Source: Camelus ferus (taxonomy: Eukaryota). Taken from it: a stretch of DNA of 64,000 nt. The number at the start of each line of letters is the position of its first letter. Position 1 is the stretch's first letter. Below, one piece after another: positions 1 through 12,614 of the stretch. Below the pieces are notes generated by a model. It searched no databases. It was given only the letters and a program-made list of their open reading frames with translations, and was not told where the DNA came from. The stretch spans positions 63,800,001 to 63,864,000 of the forward strand of contig NC_045707.1 in assembly GCF_009834535.1 (NCBI RefSeq), in the 5' to 3' direction. The position numbers were made by a program, and so were the translations under genes.

Positions 1-2789
1 CCAGAGCAGAGGGAGCTGCAGTTTGGTGCTTGGCAGCAAGACAGGGATTTTCAGTACAGTAGTCTTGGTGTCCTCTCTGGGGGCTAGAAATGTGTCTGTC
101 ACATTTCTTATTCCAGATCCTGCAGTGCTCAATTCACATTTGTTAATGAAAACAAGTGAATAAATAAAGCTAAATCTATAAAATACTGGGGTTTGAGAAA
201 TGCTTTTGGACATATGGGGCTTTGTTTAAAAAAAATTCTTAAAGCATTTTCCATTTTAAGCATCTAATAAGAGTAATTAACGATAGAAAGAAAAATAGCT
301 GTCATCTACTGTGAAGTTTGTGGGAACTAAACCCCTTTGTTCCTTTACTTGCTCATCGTTCAGCAACCTTCATTGAGTGCCAGGCAAGATGATTCTCCCT
401 TCATGGAGCTCATAGTCTAGTGTGGGAGGCAACACAGAAACAATTAAAATATTGGCCGTGTTTGATGCCAATCTGGCAACCACACCTCCTCCTCCTCCTC
501 CTTTCAATGAGAATCTGGTCCTTGCCCAGGTATCCACTCTTTCCTGTGCAGCCCATGTGCCCCTAGCTTCCATTTGGTCCTGATCTCATATCCCTGTGGT
601 TCTTTCTAGCTCTTAGAGGCCACTGTATATGTATGTGAAGCAGCAGTTTTCAAATGCCTCCCCCTGGCAAACAAAACTGAGCTGTAATTGTAAGCACTGG
701 CCACAAAGGGGCGCAAGCAGCTCAATGAAATTTACCAGGTTGGCCAGAGTGCATTCAAGACTGACTCAGGACTTCAACGTGAGGAGAAAAAAAAAAAAAA
801 AAAAAAAACCACCGGGAGATTTTCTTCTGAGTTGTAGAAGACAAGAATATTCCAAGGGACACATGGGTGAGGGGAAGACAGTTCCCAAGCCATTTATCCC
901 TAAGGTGCCAGTATTAACTAAAAGTGTCTCAAGAAACTACATATTCTTGTCAAAGAAGGAATATAAGCCAAACTTGCAGATTCTCAGAATTTACTCACCA
1001 ATTTATAGAATTTTTAGTATAAATTATACTAAAACTGTACAATCTCAAGAGTTAAAAAGGGAGGGCAAATACAGAAGCCAAAACCTTCCATTGTAATGTG
1101 CATTTTATATTTCCATTTATAAATTGTACGTGTATTTTGAAATCACCAGAGCATGAGGTTGTATCAGATGCAAGTGTATGGTTGACATAATTGGCAACAG
1201 AATTACGTGCCAGCATTGTGTACCGAAGTGCCTTACTAAAAACATTCAGTTCAGAATGGTAGCAGTCTGAGTCTGTCTAGTAAACTAACTTTTTAAAACT
1301 AGATGTCCGTAGTTAAACGAACTGGACATTCAAAAGAGGTTGGTCCACTTGAACTAAGCCTGAATGACTATATTTTCCCATCTTCTTGAGAAATGAGTCA
1401 GAGTAGGGGTGAAAAAGACTCTTAACAGAGAAATTGTTTTGCCCTCGTGAAATAATTTGACTGAGGGTTCTTATGGGAGACTTGTGATGTTGAGATTGGA
1501 GAACTTTCTGATAGCTGTGGATGGGCTAATGGGAAGTTTGTAAGTAGTGCATATATATCCTAAAGATTACGGCACTCCGTACCACTTGCTTGAGTGTGTT
1601 CTCCTCTGGGCTATTCATTCCTGCCTGGTAAGTTCTCATTTAAAATCTTACCATTCCTCTATACCACTTTCTAAATACATTCCAGCATGTATCATTGAAT
1701 ATTACAGTTACCTATTTATTTATCAGTACAAAGCTCTAAGCAATATGGTAGTGATTTGTCTGCCTTGCTCTCCATTATATCCTGTGCCCAGAATACTACC
1801 TACAACATGATAGATGCAAAATAAAAAAAAAAAAAAAAAAATTGACCAAACCTCCCAAATACCAGCTCTCTTATGCTTTCTTTTTCTTTTTCCTTTTTTT
1901 TTTTTTTTTTGGCTTTTATATACACCTCCAATTCCTTGAACCTCCATCTGCTGGCAAACCCCACCCCCACCTCCATTTTTGTAGATGCCTCTCTCCTGAA
2001 TCTTTTAGCCTAAATTCCAGTCTTGTGTGAAGGGTGAAATTCCATGAGGCAGGGCAAAGAACAATTGCTGAGGAAGGAAGATTTACAGAGGAGCTGTAAT
2101 GCAGAAACTTCACTCCACTCCACAGTCCATCTGTTAGTCCTCTCTTGGTCTGTCCGTCCCCTCACTTCCAGCTCCCTCACACCCCAACCCCCTCCATCCC
2201 TAGGTCTGGACTCTGTACTGAGCGTCTCAGTTCTCTCTTACCTGCAACCTTGATTCTCATATATCAGTATATTTCTACTGCATCATCTCAGAATACCAAC
2301 CTTCAAGTAAACTTCTGAAAAAATTTTCTGAGTGACGTAGATTCTGTGTGTCAGTACAAAACCATAGTCCTCAACTTCATTCTCCAGCTGCATTTCAGTT
2401 CCTTTCATTTTCTGGCTTCAGCTTCCTCCCACCCCCATTTACCACTATTACAAATTTTCCTCAGTCTACTTCTGGTCCTGATTTGAATTGTTCATAGTAT
2501 CCCCTTATCCTTTTACTGTCTGTGGCTACACAGTGATCTTCCCTCTTTTATTCCTGATATTGGTTATTACGTATTAGCTCTGTTTTTTCTTTGATCAGTC
2601 TAGCAAGAAATTTATCAATTTTATTTATTTGTTTTTCTAATTATCAGCTTTGACGTCATTGATTTCTTAATTAATTTTTTTCAGTTCTTAATTTCAGTGA
2701 ATTCTAATCTTTGCTATTTTCTGCCTTCTGCTTGCTTGTGGTTAATTAGCTCTTTTTTTCTCCAATTTCTTTCTCTTTTCTTAATTTTT

Positions 2790-2792
<3 letters not shown>

Positions 2793-2827
<35 letters not shown>

Positions 2828-2957
2828 GTCAGGGGGAGGTAATTAGGTCTGTTTATTTATTTTTAGAGGATATACTAGGGATTGAGCCCAGGACTTTGTG
2901 CATGCGAAGCACTCACTTTATTCATTTAGCTATACCCTCTTCGCCTCCCCCCCCCCC
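2793..2957 (-). mobile_element. tRNA-derived SINE (camelid Vic-1-like)
   Basis: Reverse complement of GGGGAGGGTATAGCT...GGTTCAATCCC head plus long A tail; nested in an L1. Confidence 0.85.
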
Positions 2958-3136
2958 AGTTTCTTAAGGTAGCTTAGATTGAAATCTTTCTTCTTTTCTA
3001 CTACAACTATTTATAATAGCTGCATCCACAAATTTTAACACTGTATATTTTCAATTACATTCTGTTAAAAAATATATATATATATATATGGATTTTTTCA
3101 TTTCCCTTAAGATTTCCTCTTTGACCCATGGGTTAC

Positions 3137-3658
3137 TGTGGAAGGAAGAGTAATGTCCCATTTCTTCCTCCCCCCTGACCCCCAAGATGTCTATATCCTA
3201 ATTCTTGGAACCTGTGAATATGTTGGGTTACCTGATGGGGAACTGGGGTTGCAGGTAGAATTAAGGTTGCTAATTATCCGACCTTAAAATAGGGAGATTA
3301 TCCTGAATTATCTAGGCAGGCCCAGTGTAACCATAACAATCCTTAGAAGTGGAAGCCAGAAGCAGAAAAGGCAATGTGAGGACAGACGGTCAGAGTGATG
3401 TGATCCATCATTACCAACTTTGAAAAATGGAGGGAGGGAATCATGAATTAAGGAATGTTGGTGGCCTCTGGAATCTGAAAAAGCAAAGAAACACACTCTT
3501 CCCTAGAAGGGATGGAGCCCTTCCAACACCTTGATTTTAGCCCAGTGAGACCCATGTTGGATGTCTTAACCTACAGAACTGTAAGATAATAAATTTGTTT
3601 TGGATTAAGCCACAAAAATTGTGGTAATTTGTTACAGCAGCAATAGAAATCTGATACA
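3137..3658 (+). mobile_element. MaLR solo LTR (MLT1D-like)
   Basis: TG...CA termini, AATAAA near the end, 5-bp TSD GTTAC/GTTAT, typical GTTACAGCAGCAATAGAAA end. Confidence 0.85.
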
Positions 3659-4017
3659 GTTATTTATAAATGTGATACTTAATTTCCAGATATTTGAGGA
3701 TTTGCATGTATCTTTCTGCTATTGATTTATACTTTGTTATAGTTTGAGAACATACTTTGTATGATTTTTATTCTTTAAATTTGTTTAAATTTGTCTCATG
3801 ACCAAGAATCTGGTCTATGATGAACACTCTATGTGTATTTGAAAAGAATGTGTATTCTGCTGTTGTTGGGTCAAGTTTTTAATAAATGTCAATTAGGTCA
3901 AGTGAATTGATAGTTATTTTAATCTTCTCTATTGATTTTCTGTCTACTCTTCTGTGATGAAATCTCCAGCTCCAATAGTAGGTTTATCTATTTCTCCTTT
4001 CAATTCCATCAGTTTTT

Positions 4018-4146
4018 TTTTTTTTTAATGGGGGGGAGGTAATTTTGGGTTTATTTATTTATTTTTTTAAACAGAGTTACTGGGAATTGAACCCAGGACC
4101 TTGTGCATGCCAGGCATGCACTTTACCACTAAGCTATACCTCTCCC
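4018..4146 (-). mobile_element. tRNA-derived SINE (Vic-1-like) with TSD
   Basis: A and B boxes present; TSD TCCATCAGTTTTT at 4005-4017 and 4147-4159. Confidence 0.9.
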
Positions 4147-4599
4147 TCCATCAGTTTTTGTTTCATGTATTTTGAAGCTCTGTTGTTAGATGCATACACA
4201 CTTAGAACCGCTATGTCTCCTTGAAGAAGTGACCTTTGTATTATTATGTAACGTCCCTCTTTATTCTTTGTATTATTCCCTGTTTTGAAGTCTACTGTGT
4301 CTGATATTAATATAGCTCTTATAAAATTCTTTTATTAATGTTTGCATGGTGTATCTTTTTCCGTCCTACTACTTTTAATCTATGTTTATGGGTTTCTTGT
4401 AGAGTGTATGGGTAAGTCTCACTTTTTAAAAAAAAAATCTAGTCCGACAGTCTCTGTCTTTTAATTGGCATTCCTGGTTCTAATTAAACCCACAACTGGT
4501 ACTCTCAGTAAATTGCTTTGCCCTCTGGATTACTAAAAACTAGGTCAACAGGTATGTTCTTCCTTAACTTCCAACTCTCCTACTTAATAATAAAGGTAA

Positions 4600-4850
4600 T
4601 GGCTACAGATATTCAGTGCTTTCTAGGCACCAGACTTCTATTTACATGTATTAGCTAGTTTAATCCCAGTAAAAATGCTATGAGGTGGGTATTATTAGTA
4701 TCATTCTCGGTTTACATATTAAAAAACCCCAAGGTACAGAGAGGTTAAGTAACTTGACCAAGATTACGATTACGCTAAGAAAATTAGAGCCAGCCTCCAA
4801 ATGCAAGCAGTATGACTCCAGATATTAATCTCACATTATATTGCCTCTCT
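4600..4850 (-). mobile_element. MIR
   Basis: CAGAGAGGTTAAGTAACTTGACCAAG core. Confidence 0.75.
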
Positions 4851-5779
4851 GTCTTTAAAGGAGTCTCCTATTTAAAATCCACATTTTCAGTAAGGTGTCT
4901 TCATACACTGTCTCCACTTTTTCAGCACTCAAACCATTCCATCTGCTTCTATAGCACTCCTGAGGTATAATTAACAATGATCTTCCTATTGTGAAATCCA
5001 GTAGACACTGCTCAATTATCTGTCTGGACATCTTTGCTGCATTTGACTCTATTAAGCCCTTCCCTCCAAACTGGATGAGGCATCTTTTCTTGGTGCTCCT
5101 GTAATGCTCTATAAACATTCTTATTTTTGCAGTTATATAATGCACCATAATTAAATGTTCAGGAGCCTGTCTACCTACCATCTCATAAGCCCCCTGACAT
5201 CAGAGATTGATTGTTTCTTATTTATCTTTGTATGCCCAGTGCCTACGGTAGTGCCTGGCACATTGTAGACATTTAAAAATATTTTGTTAAATCAATGAAT
5301 AATTGAAAACCACTTACTGATACAAAGCATATTATTTATTGTCACCTCTACACAGGAAACAAACAAACAAAAACTCTCAGAGACACAGATTTTATGAGCT
5401 ACATTAGTTATTATGATTGAATAAGAAGGAGGTGAAGGTTGGCTGAAAATCAACCAGTCCTCTCTTGCCCAGTGTGATCCCTTAGAATGCTCTGTGGAAA
5501 AAAAGGAAATTAACAAGATTTGTCTTCTTTATGTCCCTGTAATAGCCCCCAGTGTGGTTTTCATTATGGAAACAACTTGCAGTGAACTATGAACTTGACA
5601 GCATTAATATCATCTTTATTGCTTCCACCATCATGTGCTTTCTTCACATGCAGGAGCAGAAGAACTTTCATCAACCATTTTCGGATGTTGTGTCTGTCAA
5701 GTTCAAGAACGTCAGGGGCTGTCACGAAGAACCTGGTTGATTATTAAGTTAAGGCTAGCTTGTTGCTGCTCTGGGACTG

Positions 5780-6890
5780 CTCTTCCCTTAACTGTAAACA
5801 ACTAGAGAAGTAGGGGGAAATATGGAACAGCTGGATGATAGGCAGCACTGTGGACTTTCAGCAAAGGGAAACAAACCAGGTGGGCACTAGGAGTGCCTTT
5901 CTGCCTAGGGACAATTTTCAGCCCCAGTGCAGGAAGTTCTCATTAAGATAAGAAGACAGAGATTGAAGTTCAGGGATGCCAAGGTAGCTAAAATTCATGG
6001 GACAGGGAACAAGAAAGAAAAGTATTAGAAAAAGAACTCCATACATTTGTGTAGGTGTCCCTCCCTTGAATCTTTTGGACTAAATTCCAATCTTGTGTGC
6101 AAAAGGGGAAACTCCACGAGGGTGGGTAAATCAGCCACGGAGGAAAGAACGTTTGCAGGAGAGCTGTAATGAGAGGGTATTCCTAGAGCTCACACAAGCC
6201 TTGGGATCATTCTAGTGCCTGTTAGACAGAGTGAGGAGACGTCACCAAATAAACGAGTCACTCAGTAGTGATCTCAGAGGTCCCACCTTAGCAGTGGAAC
6301 TAAACTGGCTGTACAGTAAAGGCCACCCACACACACACCTAAAACACTTCAACTTTAAAAAGATGAACTTGACCGCAAAGTAGGTTAACTGCCTGCCAGA
6401 GCAAAGTCTAACACTCTTGAAAAAAATACTGTAGAACTTTTTAAGGGAATATTATTCAAAAAGTTCAGGAGACAAAAATCAGAATTTAGGAAGGTGGAAG
6501 TTGCTAGAATTTGAGACAGGACTGAAGAGTAGGGCACTGCACAGAGACAGACTTCGGGAGACTTGCAGAGGGGACCCTCAAATATCTGACTGAGCACTGA
6601 TATCACATGAGTGAGAGGAATCTCGGAGATCGCCGCTGAAAAGGACACAACCATTCCTGGAGTTCACACAGGGCAGAGAATAGTTTGTGTTCACACCCGT
6701 CACTCTACTGTGTGACCTTGTCATATATAGGGCATTGGGTACAGCCCTCAGAGGAGTCAGGTCTCAGGAGTAAGGACAAAAAGCCCAGAGTAAAGTCTTC
6801 TCTGGATCTGCTATAACAAAGCTTATAATAAGCCTCAGAGAGATCAAGCTGATCCTCAAGTAGATTTAACTCAATACTCTTTAAAAGGAT
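5780..6890 (+). mobile_element. Old L1 5'-region-like sequence
   Basis: Internally repetitive; 6061-6170 resembles 1991-2100. Family assignment tentative. Confidence 0.45.
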
Positions 6891-6891
6891 A

Positions 6892-7523
6892 ACCCTTGTG
6901 CACTGTCAGTGGGAATGTAAAATGGTGCAGCCATTATGGCAAACAGTATGTAGTCTCCTCAGAACATCTTAAAGGTTACCATATAATTCAGCAAACCCAA
7001 TTCTAGGTATATATCCAAAAGGATTAAAAGCAGGATCTCGAAAGAGGTATTTGCACATTCATGTTCATTGCAGCATTATTCATAATAGTCACGAGATAGA
7101 ACTAACTCGTGTCCACTGACAGATTAACAGATACAGAAAAGGTAGTATATACACACAGTGGAATATTATGCAGCCTTAAAGAAGGAAGTCCTGTCACATG
7201 CTACTACATGGCTGTTTCCCAAGGACAGTATGCTAAGCTAAATAAGCCAATAACAAAAGGACAGATAGTATATGAGTCCACTTATATGTAGTGTCTATAG
7301 TAGTCAAAATCATACAGACAGACAATAGAAAGGTGAGTGGGGATGGGAAGGAGGGAGTAGGCAACAGTGTGTAAAGAGTTTTCATTTTGCAAGATGAAAA
7401 AATTCTAGAGCTCTGTTGCCTAACAATGTGAACATATTTAACACTACTGAATTGTATGCTTAAAAATAGTTAAGATGGAATATTGAATGTTATGTGCTTT
7501 TTGCCACAATTAAAAAAAAAAAA
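6892..7523 (+). mobile_element. L1 3' end (L1MA/MB-like) with A tail
   Basis: GTGGGAATGTAAAATGGTGCAGCC...ACTACTGAATTGTATGCTTAAAAATAGTTAAGATGG...poly(A). Confidence 0.85.
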
Positions 7524-9254
7524 ATCTATCCTTTCTCCAGGTAATCTATACTTTAAACTCAAATATATATAAAAGTATTTTCTCTGTTTTAGTTCATTGA
7601 CCTTTTTGTCTTTTCCTAGTATAATATCATATTGACCTGAGAATGTATTTGTGTTAAATGTTCAATATTTAATGAGACAAATCCCACTTCATAGTTCTTT
7701 TTTAAAAAAATTTTTTATCCACTTCATTGTTCTTATTTCTCATAACTTTCTTGGCTCTAGCATTTAACCTTTCATATAAACGTTAGGAGTATTTTATCCA
7801 ATTCTATAATAAACAAAGTTGGAATGACAACAAATACATTAACTATGGGAGAAATGCTATTTTTATGCTAATTTCTCCCATCTAAGAATATAGTATATTT
7901 TCCCACCTTTTCAGGCCTAATGCTTTTATATTATGCCTATCAATAAAATTTTATAGGTTTCTTTTCATCATTTTGATCAATTTATTCCTAAGCATTTTAT
8001 AGTTCTTCTACTATGATATAGAATAAAACATGGAGTATTTTTCTCATTCTTTATTTCTAGGTGTTTGCTACCAGAAAACTTATGTTCCCCTTTTCTACAT
8101 ATCCTTTTCCATATTTTAGCTGTTTTGATCATTTTAATATTTCACTTTCCCCCCTCTTCTTTTCAAAGTCCTATTAAAACCTTTCATTACATTTCTTAAC
8201 CAGACATATATTTTCCCACAATAATTTGAAAACAAAATACCAATGATTGCCCCTTTCTGGACACACTATTTCCCCCACCGAGGTACTCCGTTTCTCTTCT
8301 TTTTCTCTCCACAAATATGTTGAAGTCTTTATGATAATGCCACTCTCCACCTTCCCTTCCCTCTACCCATGAGGCTTTGAGAGCTCTTAATTCTTCTCTT
8401 CTCCCACTATGCCTCTTAGATTTTGCGAGTTTCATACTTTCAGTTCTAGATTCTTGGAGTTTCAAGGTTTCTTATTTACACATTTATTCTACACATGCTC
8501 AATCTATTCTATCTATTTACATATAACTGTGCACACACAAAGCAACGTGTATTGCTCATTCTGTTTCTATTTTGAAGTATTTACACACATTGTTGTCTTT
8601 AATCTCTTTCTAGATGAGGCATGGGCATGACCTGCTCTCTGAGCTATTGCATGTTCTCAAGACCGCCCTGTCACTTGACAGATGAATTACATCATAGCTA
8701 GGTAAAGAATCTTGCCTTCTCTCTCTCTAAAGATGCTACTTTACTGCCTTCCAGCTACGTGTGTTATGGGTAAATCCAGTGCAAAGCTGATTCTCTTTTT
8801 CTTTTTCAGCAACTTGCTCTTTCCAAATGGTTGCAAATGTTTGTTTTTTAGAGTTCAGGAATTTTACCAGATTCCATACGTGTCTTTTCTCACCAATTCA
8901 GTCTGCCCTGGAATTCTGGGAGCCTTTTTAATTTATAAAATGAGATCTTTTAGCATTTTTGAGTTGTGTTTCTTCTCCTCTATCTAGAATGTCTATGGCT
9001 TATGTGCTAGTCTCTTGTCTTCCTCTTCTAGTTGCCTGTTTTCCTTCTTGATTTCCATTTCTGTCTTTACCATGCACTTTTTAGAGAGTTCTTACCCTTT
9101 ATCGTTGAAGCCACTACAATGACCAATCTCTTTTTCAATTTATCTACCCACATATTTAGTTGGGGATTCCTGTTTTTTATATTTCTAGTAATTTTTCTTT
9201 ATTGCATTTGAATTTAATTTTTTTAACATAATTTGTTCTCTTGGTATTTTTCTT

Positions 9255-9380
9255 TTCCCCTTCCTTCTTTGCCTCCTTCCCCTCTGCCCACATTTCCTCC
9301 CTCCCTTCCTTCCTTCCCTCCCTCCCATCTTCCTTCTTTTCTTCCTTCCTTCCTTCCTTTCCATCCTTCCTTCCTTCTCA
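9255..9380. repeat. (TTCC)n-rich pyrimidine tract
   Basis: Direct inspection. Confidence 0.85.
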
Positions 9381-9476
9381 GATCTGTTTTTGCAGGACCT
9401 GATGTCCAATAAGCAGCTTTCTACCCCTTGTACTGGTATAAACAGAAAGAACAAAGAGTGTTGCTCATCACCCCGT

Positions 9477-10054
9477 TGTACAAAGGGTTAAGTTGCAACA
9501 CACCACAGTCATCCACAGACAGTGCTCCATGAGAGGAATTCAGGATGGAAAGAAACAGTACGAAGTTATTCTGTGCTTTGAACAAACAGGACCCCTAAGA
9601 TGCCTAAGAAAGAATTTCAATGACCCCAGATTCTTGCATCTTCCCATACAAAGAAAAGCACTAAAATCATTAACTTGAGGGTTCTCTGTGATTAGTAGTC
9701 ATCTTTTTATGCATAACCGCATGTATTTCCCAGCCAAAAAATTCATATACATATACTGGCTCTTCCCCTACTTCTTTGGAGCAATTCCTCTGAGCTCCTG
9801 AGAGAGTACTTCCCAGGCTGTAATTCTCAGTAAGTCCCTGAATGAAACTTAACTCACAGCTTTTACGTTGTGCGTTTTTCTTTCTTTTTTTAAAAACATT
9901 TTTTATTGAGTTATAGTCATTTTACAATGTTGTGTCAAATTCCAGTGTAGAGCACAATTTTTCAGTTATACATGAACCTACATATATTCATTGTCACTTT
10001 TTTTGTTTTGTTTTGCTGTGAGCTATATGCTGTGCGTTTTTCTTTTAGTTGACA
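9477..10054 (+). mobile_element. ERV1-like LTR interrupted by a short L1 3' end
   Basis: TGTACA...GTTGACA termini. Shares the CTTCCCATAC(A)AAGAAAAGCACT block with the LTRs at 11.7 kb and 49.1 kb. Confidence 0.75.
9884..10030 (-). mobile_element. 5'-truncated lineage-specific L1 3' end
   Basis: TTTTTATTGAGTTATAGTCATTTTACAATGTTGTGTC; 15-bp TSD TGTGCGTTTTTCTTT at 9869-9883 and 10031-10045. Confidence 0.85.
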
Positions 10055-11049
10055 CTGGCGATGACGATAACAGGCAAGTTGTAACCTCTCTGCTGACTCC
10101 ATGGAGGTCGCACAACAAAGCAGATAAGAGTGCGTACTTTGGAGCCAGGCTCCTTCAGTTCAAATACTAGATCTGCTGCTTCCTAGTGATGTGGCCTTGG
10201 GCAAGTTATTCACACACTGTGTTTTAATTTCCTTATTTATCTAATGGGAAAAATAAGAGCATTCACATGGGTTTTTTGTGAGAATTTTGAGTCTACTTTT
10301 GAGAACTGATCAGAACAGTTCTTGCCAAGCATATGGGCTGTTTTAAAAATTCCTTCTGAAAACAGATGCGTATGTGGTGAATAGGAACTGAGAAAACTTT
10401 CAACTTTCTAGCTCTCCTCAATTGTTCTGTTTGGCTGCACATCTGAATCACAGAGAATCTTCCAGAAATTCTCTTGCTTGTACCCCAGACTAGTTTGATC
10501 AGATATCTCAAAAGGGAGAACAAGGCTGTAGGAGTTTTCAAAACTTCCCAGGCGATTCAGCTCTGCAGCCAACACTGAGAGCATTGCTTCAGCTCCTATG
10601 CCAAAGAAAATTCAGTGTTTGAGCTCCTCTGGTATTAGTCATTTATAGATAAGCTTCCTCAGACAGCTTCTTTTGTTTTGCAGAATGCAGATCTTAGAGA
10701 GCGAGCCAACTACAGAGTGAGGTTAAATCTCACATCCAAGGAAATTTGGAAAAACTTTGAAGTCATTTTCCACTGCACTGAGATAGAACCCAAAGTCTGG
10801 CAAGGCAAGGCTCTGTGGGGGTCTGGTCCCTGCCCCCCTGGGGCTCCATCCTGCCTCCTTCAGTCATTCTCCCCACTGCTCACTATCCTCCCCCTAGCCA
10901 GATACCTCTGCATTCCCTTAACATGCCAAGATCTTTTCTTCCTCAGGGCTTTTCTGCTGGCTGTTTCTCATTCCAGGAATGCTCCCTACTCCCCATTCTC
11001 TCTTTACCTGGCCATTGCCTATGGTCATTTCATCAGAAAGATATTTCTT

Positions 11050-11099
11050 TTTTTTTTTCCCCTGTTCTCACATTCTTTATTCTTGGTGGTTTTTGGATG
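11050..11099 (-). pseudogene. 50-bp retroposed polyadenylated 3' end (micro-retrocopy)
   Basis: 21-bp perfect direct repeats 11029-11049 and 11100-11120; AATAAA (11081-11076) 17 nt before the A-run. Confidence 0.75.
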
Positions 11100-11332
11100 T
11101 TCATCAGAAAGATATTTCTTGACTTTCCAATACAATCCGTCCCTCCAGGTCTCATTACTGTAGTCATTCACCAACGCTATGGTTTCCTTCACCAAACCTA
11201 TCACAATGTGTAATTACCTATTCACTTGTGGGATTATTGGCTTCATGCCTAACCCCTAGCTACACTATCAGCTTCGTGTTTACTTTGTCCTGCTTCCTTA
11301 TCTCAATGCCTTATGCCTAATACTGTGCAATA

Positions 11333-12296
11333 CAGACGGCCCTTGATTTGGTTGGACTTAACAATGTTTTGAGTTTGCGGTGGTGCAAAAACAGTCACGT
11401 TCAGTAGAAATCATACTTTGAACTTTGATCTTTTCCTGGGCTAGCGATATGCAGTAGGATACTCCCTCGTGTTGGTGGGCACTGGCAGTGAACCAAACTC
11501 CTAGTCAGCTACACGCGACCATGAGGGTAAACAACCGATACACTTACAACCATTCTGACCCCAGATACCACTCTGTTCTTCACTTTTAGGACAGTATTCA
11601 ATCAATTACAGAAGCTATTCAATGCTTTATTATAAAGTAGGCTTTGTGTTAGATGGTTTTACCCAACTCTGGCTCATGTAAGTGTTCTGAGCACGTTGAA
11701 AGCAGGCTAGGCTAAATTCTGATGTTTGGTAGGTTAGGTATGTAGACTGAAATAAAAGCGCAGCCTAAAAGTTGAGAGTTATGTTTTATTTGGCGGGAGG
11801 ACGCGAGCCAGGATGACAGCCTCTCAGATCACTCTGAGGGACTGCTCCAGTGAGGTAGGGCAGGAGCTAGGATATATAGGAGCTTTATAACAAAGACCAG
11901 GTAGTTGGAACAATAAAAGATTACTTGTTATCTGAAGAAAACCTGGTATCTCAAGTTAAAGAATTTAGCACTTTTCTATGTATGGGAGGAAGCAAACATT
12001 TGGGCTCACTGAATTCATTCCTTTGACAAGCACCTAGCTGTCTAGGGCCAGTATCCTGTCCTTTCTTATTCTGAGTCCCCTCAGAGGGCACCACTGTGAG
12101 TGGCTGCAGAGGCTGGACTGCAGGCTTGTCTTCACTGGGGGGTGGCAGCAGCCACTGATGACCTGATGGCTTCAGCATTCTTTGTTTACTGATATGCTTT
12201 GCAGTATTTTTCATTCACAGTGTACTAAATGCATCTCAACTTTTGATATTTTCAACTCTCAATGGTTTATCAAGATCATAAGTTGAGGAAAATCTG
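11333..12296. mobile_element. TcMar-Tigger MITE (MER47/Tigger5-like) split by an LTR
   Basis: TA|CAGA...TCTG|TA termini with TA duplication; internal sequence continues across 11740/12220. Confidence 0.8.
11741..12219 (-). mobile_element. ERV1-like solo LTR
   Basis: Reverse complement is colinear and highly similar to 49135-49606; TG...CA ends. Confidence 0.88.
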
Positions 12297-12614
12297 TACA
12301 CCTAATAGCTCATGAATAAATACTTAATAAATGAGTAAATGAAAAGTATCAGTTCTTAGTTTTTATCAGTAATTGAAAGGTTGAAATGTATCTGTTTCAA
12401 ATAGGCTGTGGTTTGGATGAAGAAACTGAAACTTACTCTTTCCATTTTTCAATCCAGTGAACTTTCTAGTATTAAGTGATTTGCTGCTGCAGATATAAAA
12501 CAAGAGGACCAAGAAAGTAATTTAGATAGAGAATGAATTAAAATCTAGTAGTAATTCAGAAAAACAACTTTTACTGTACAATAATGTAAAGTGAGTATTA
12601 GAAGATATTGGAAA

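Larger units (their letters stand above)
2480..4470 (-). mobile_element. Old L1 ORF2-region fragment interrupted by two SINEs and a MaLR LTR
   Basis: T-rich antisense L1 phrases, e.g. GAAAAGAATGTGTATTCTGCTGTTGTTGGG and TTGATCAGTCTAGCAAGAAATTTATCAATTTTATT. Confidence 0.8.

Noticed and set aside
629..1096. 155-aa ORF
   Set aside because: Runs through a poly-A tract (poly-K), has no recognisable domain and no splice context; likely chance.
1991..6170. Similarity between 1991-2100 and 6061-6170
   Set aside because: Best explained as two diverged pieces of an old interspersed repeat, not a functional duplication.
10678..11213. Overlapping 161-aa and 132-aa ORFs
   Set aside because: Lie in pyrimidine-rich L2-derived sequence and cross the micro-retrocopy.
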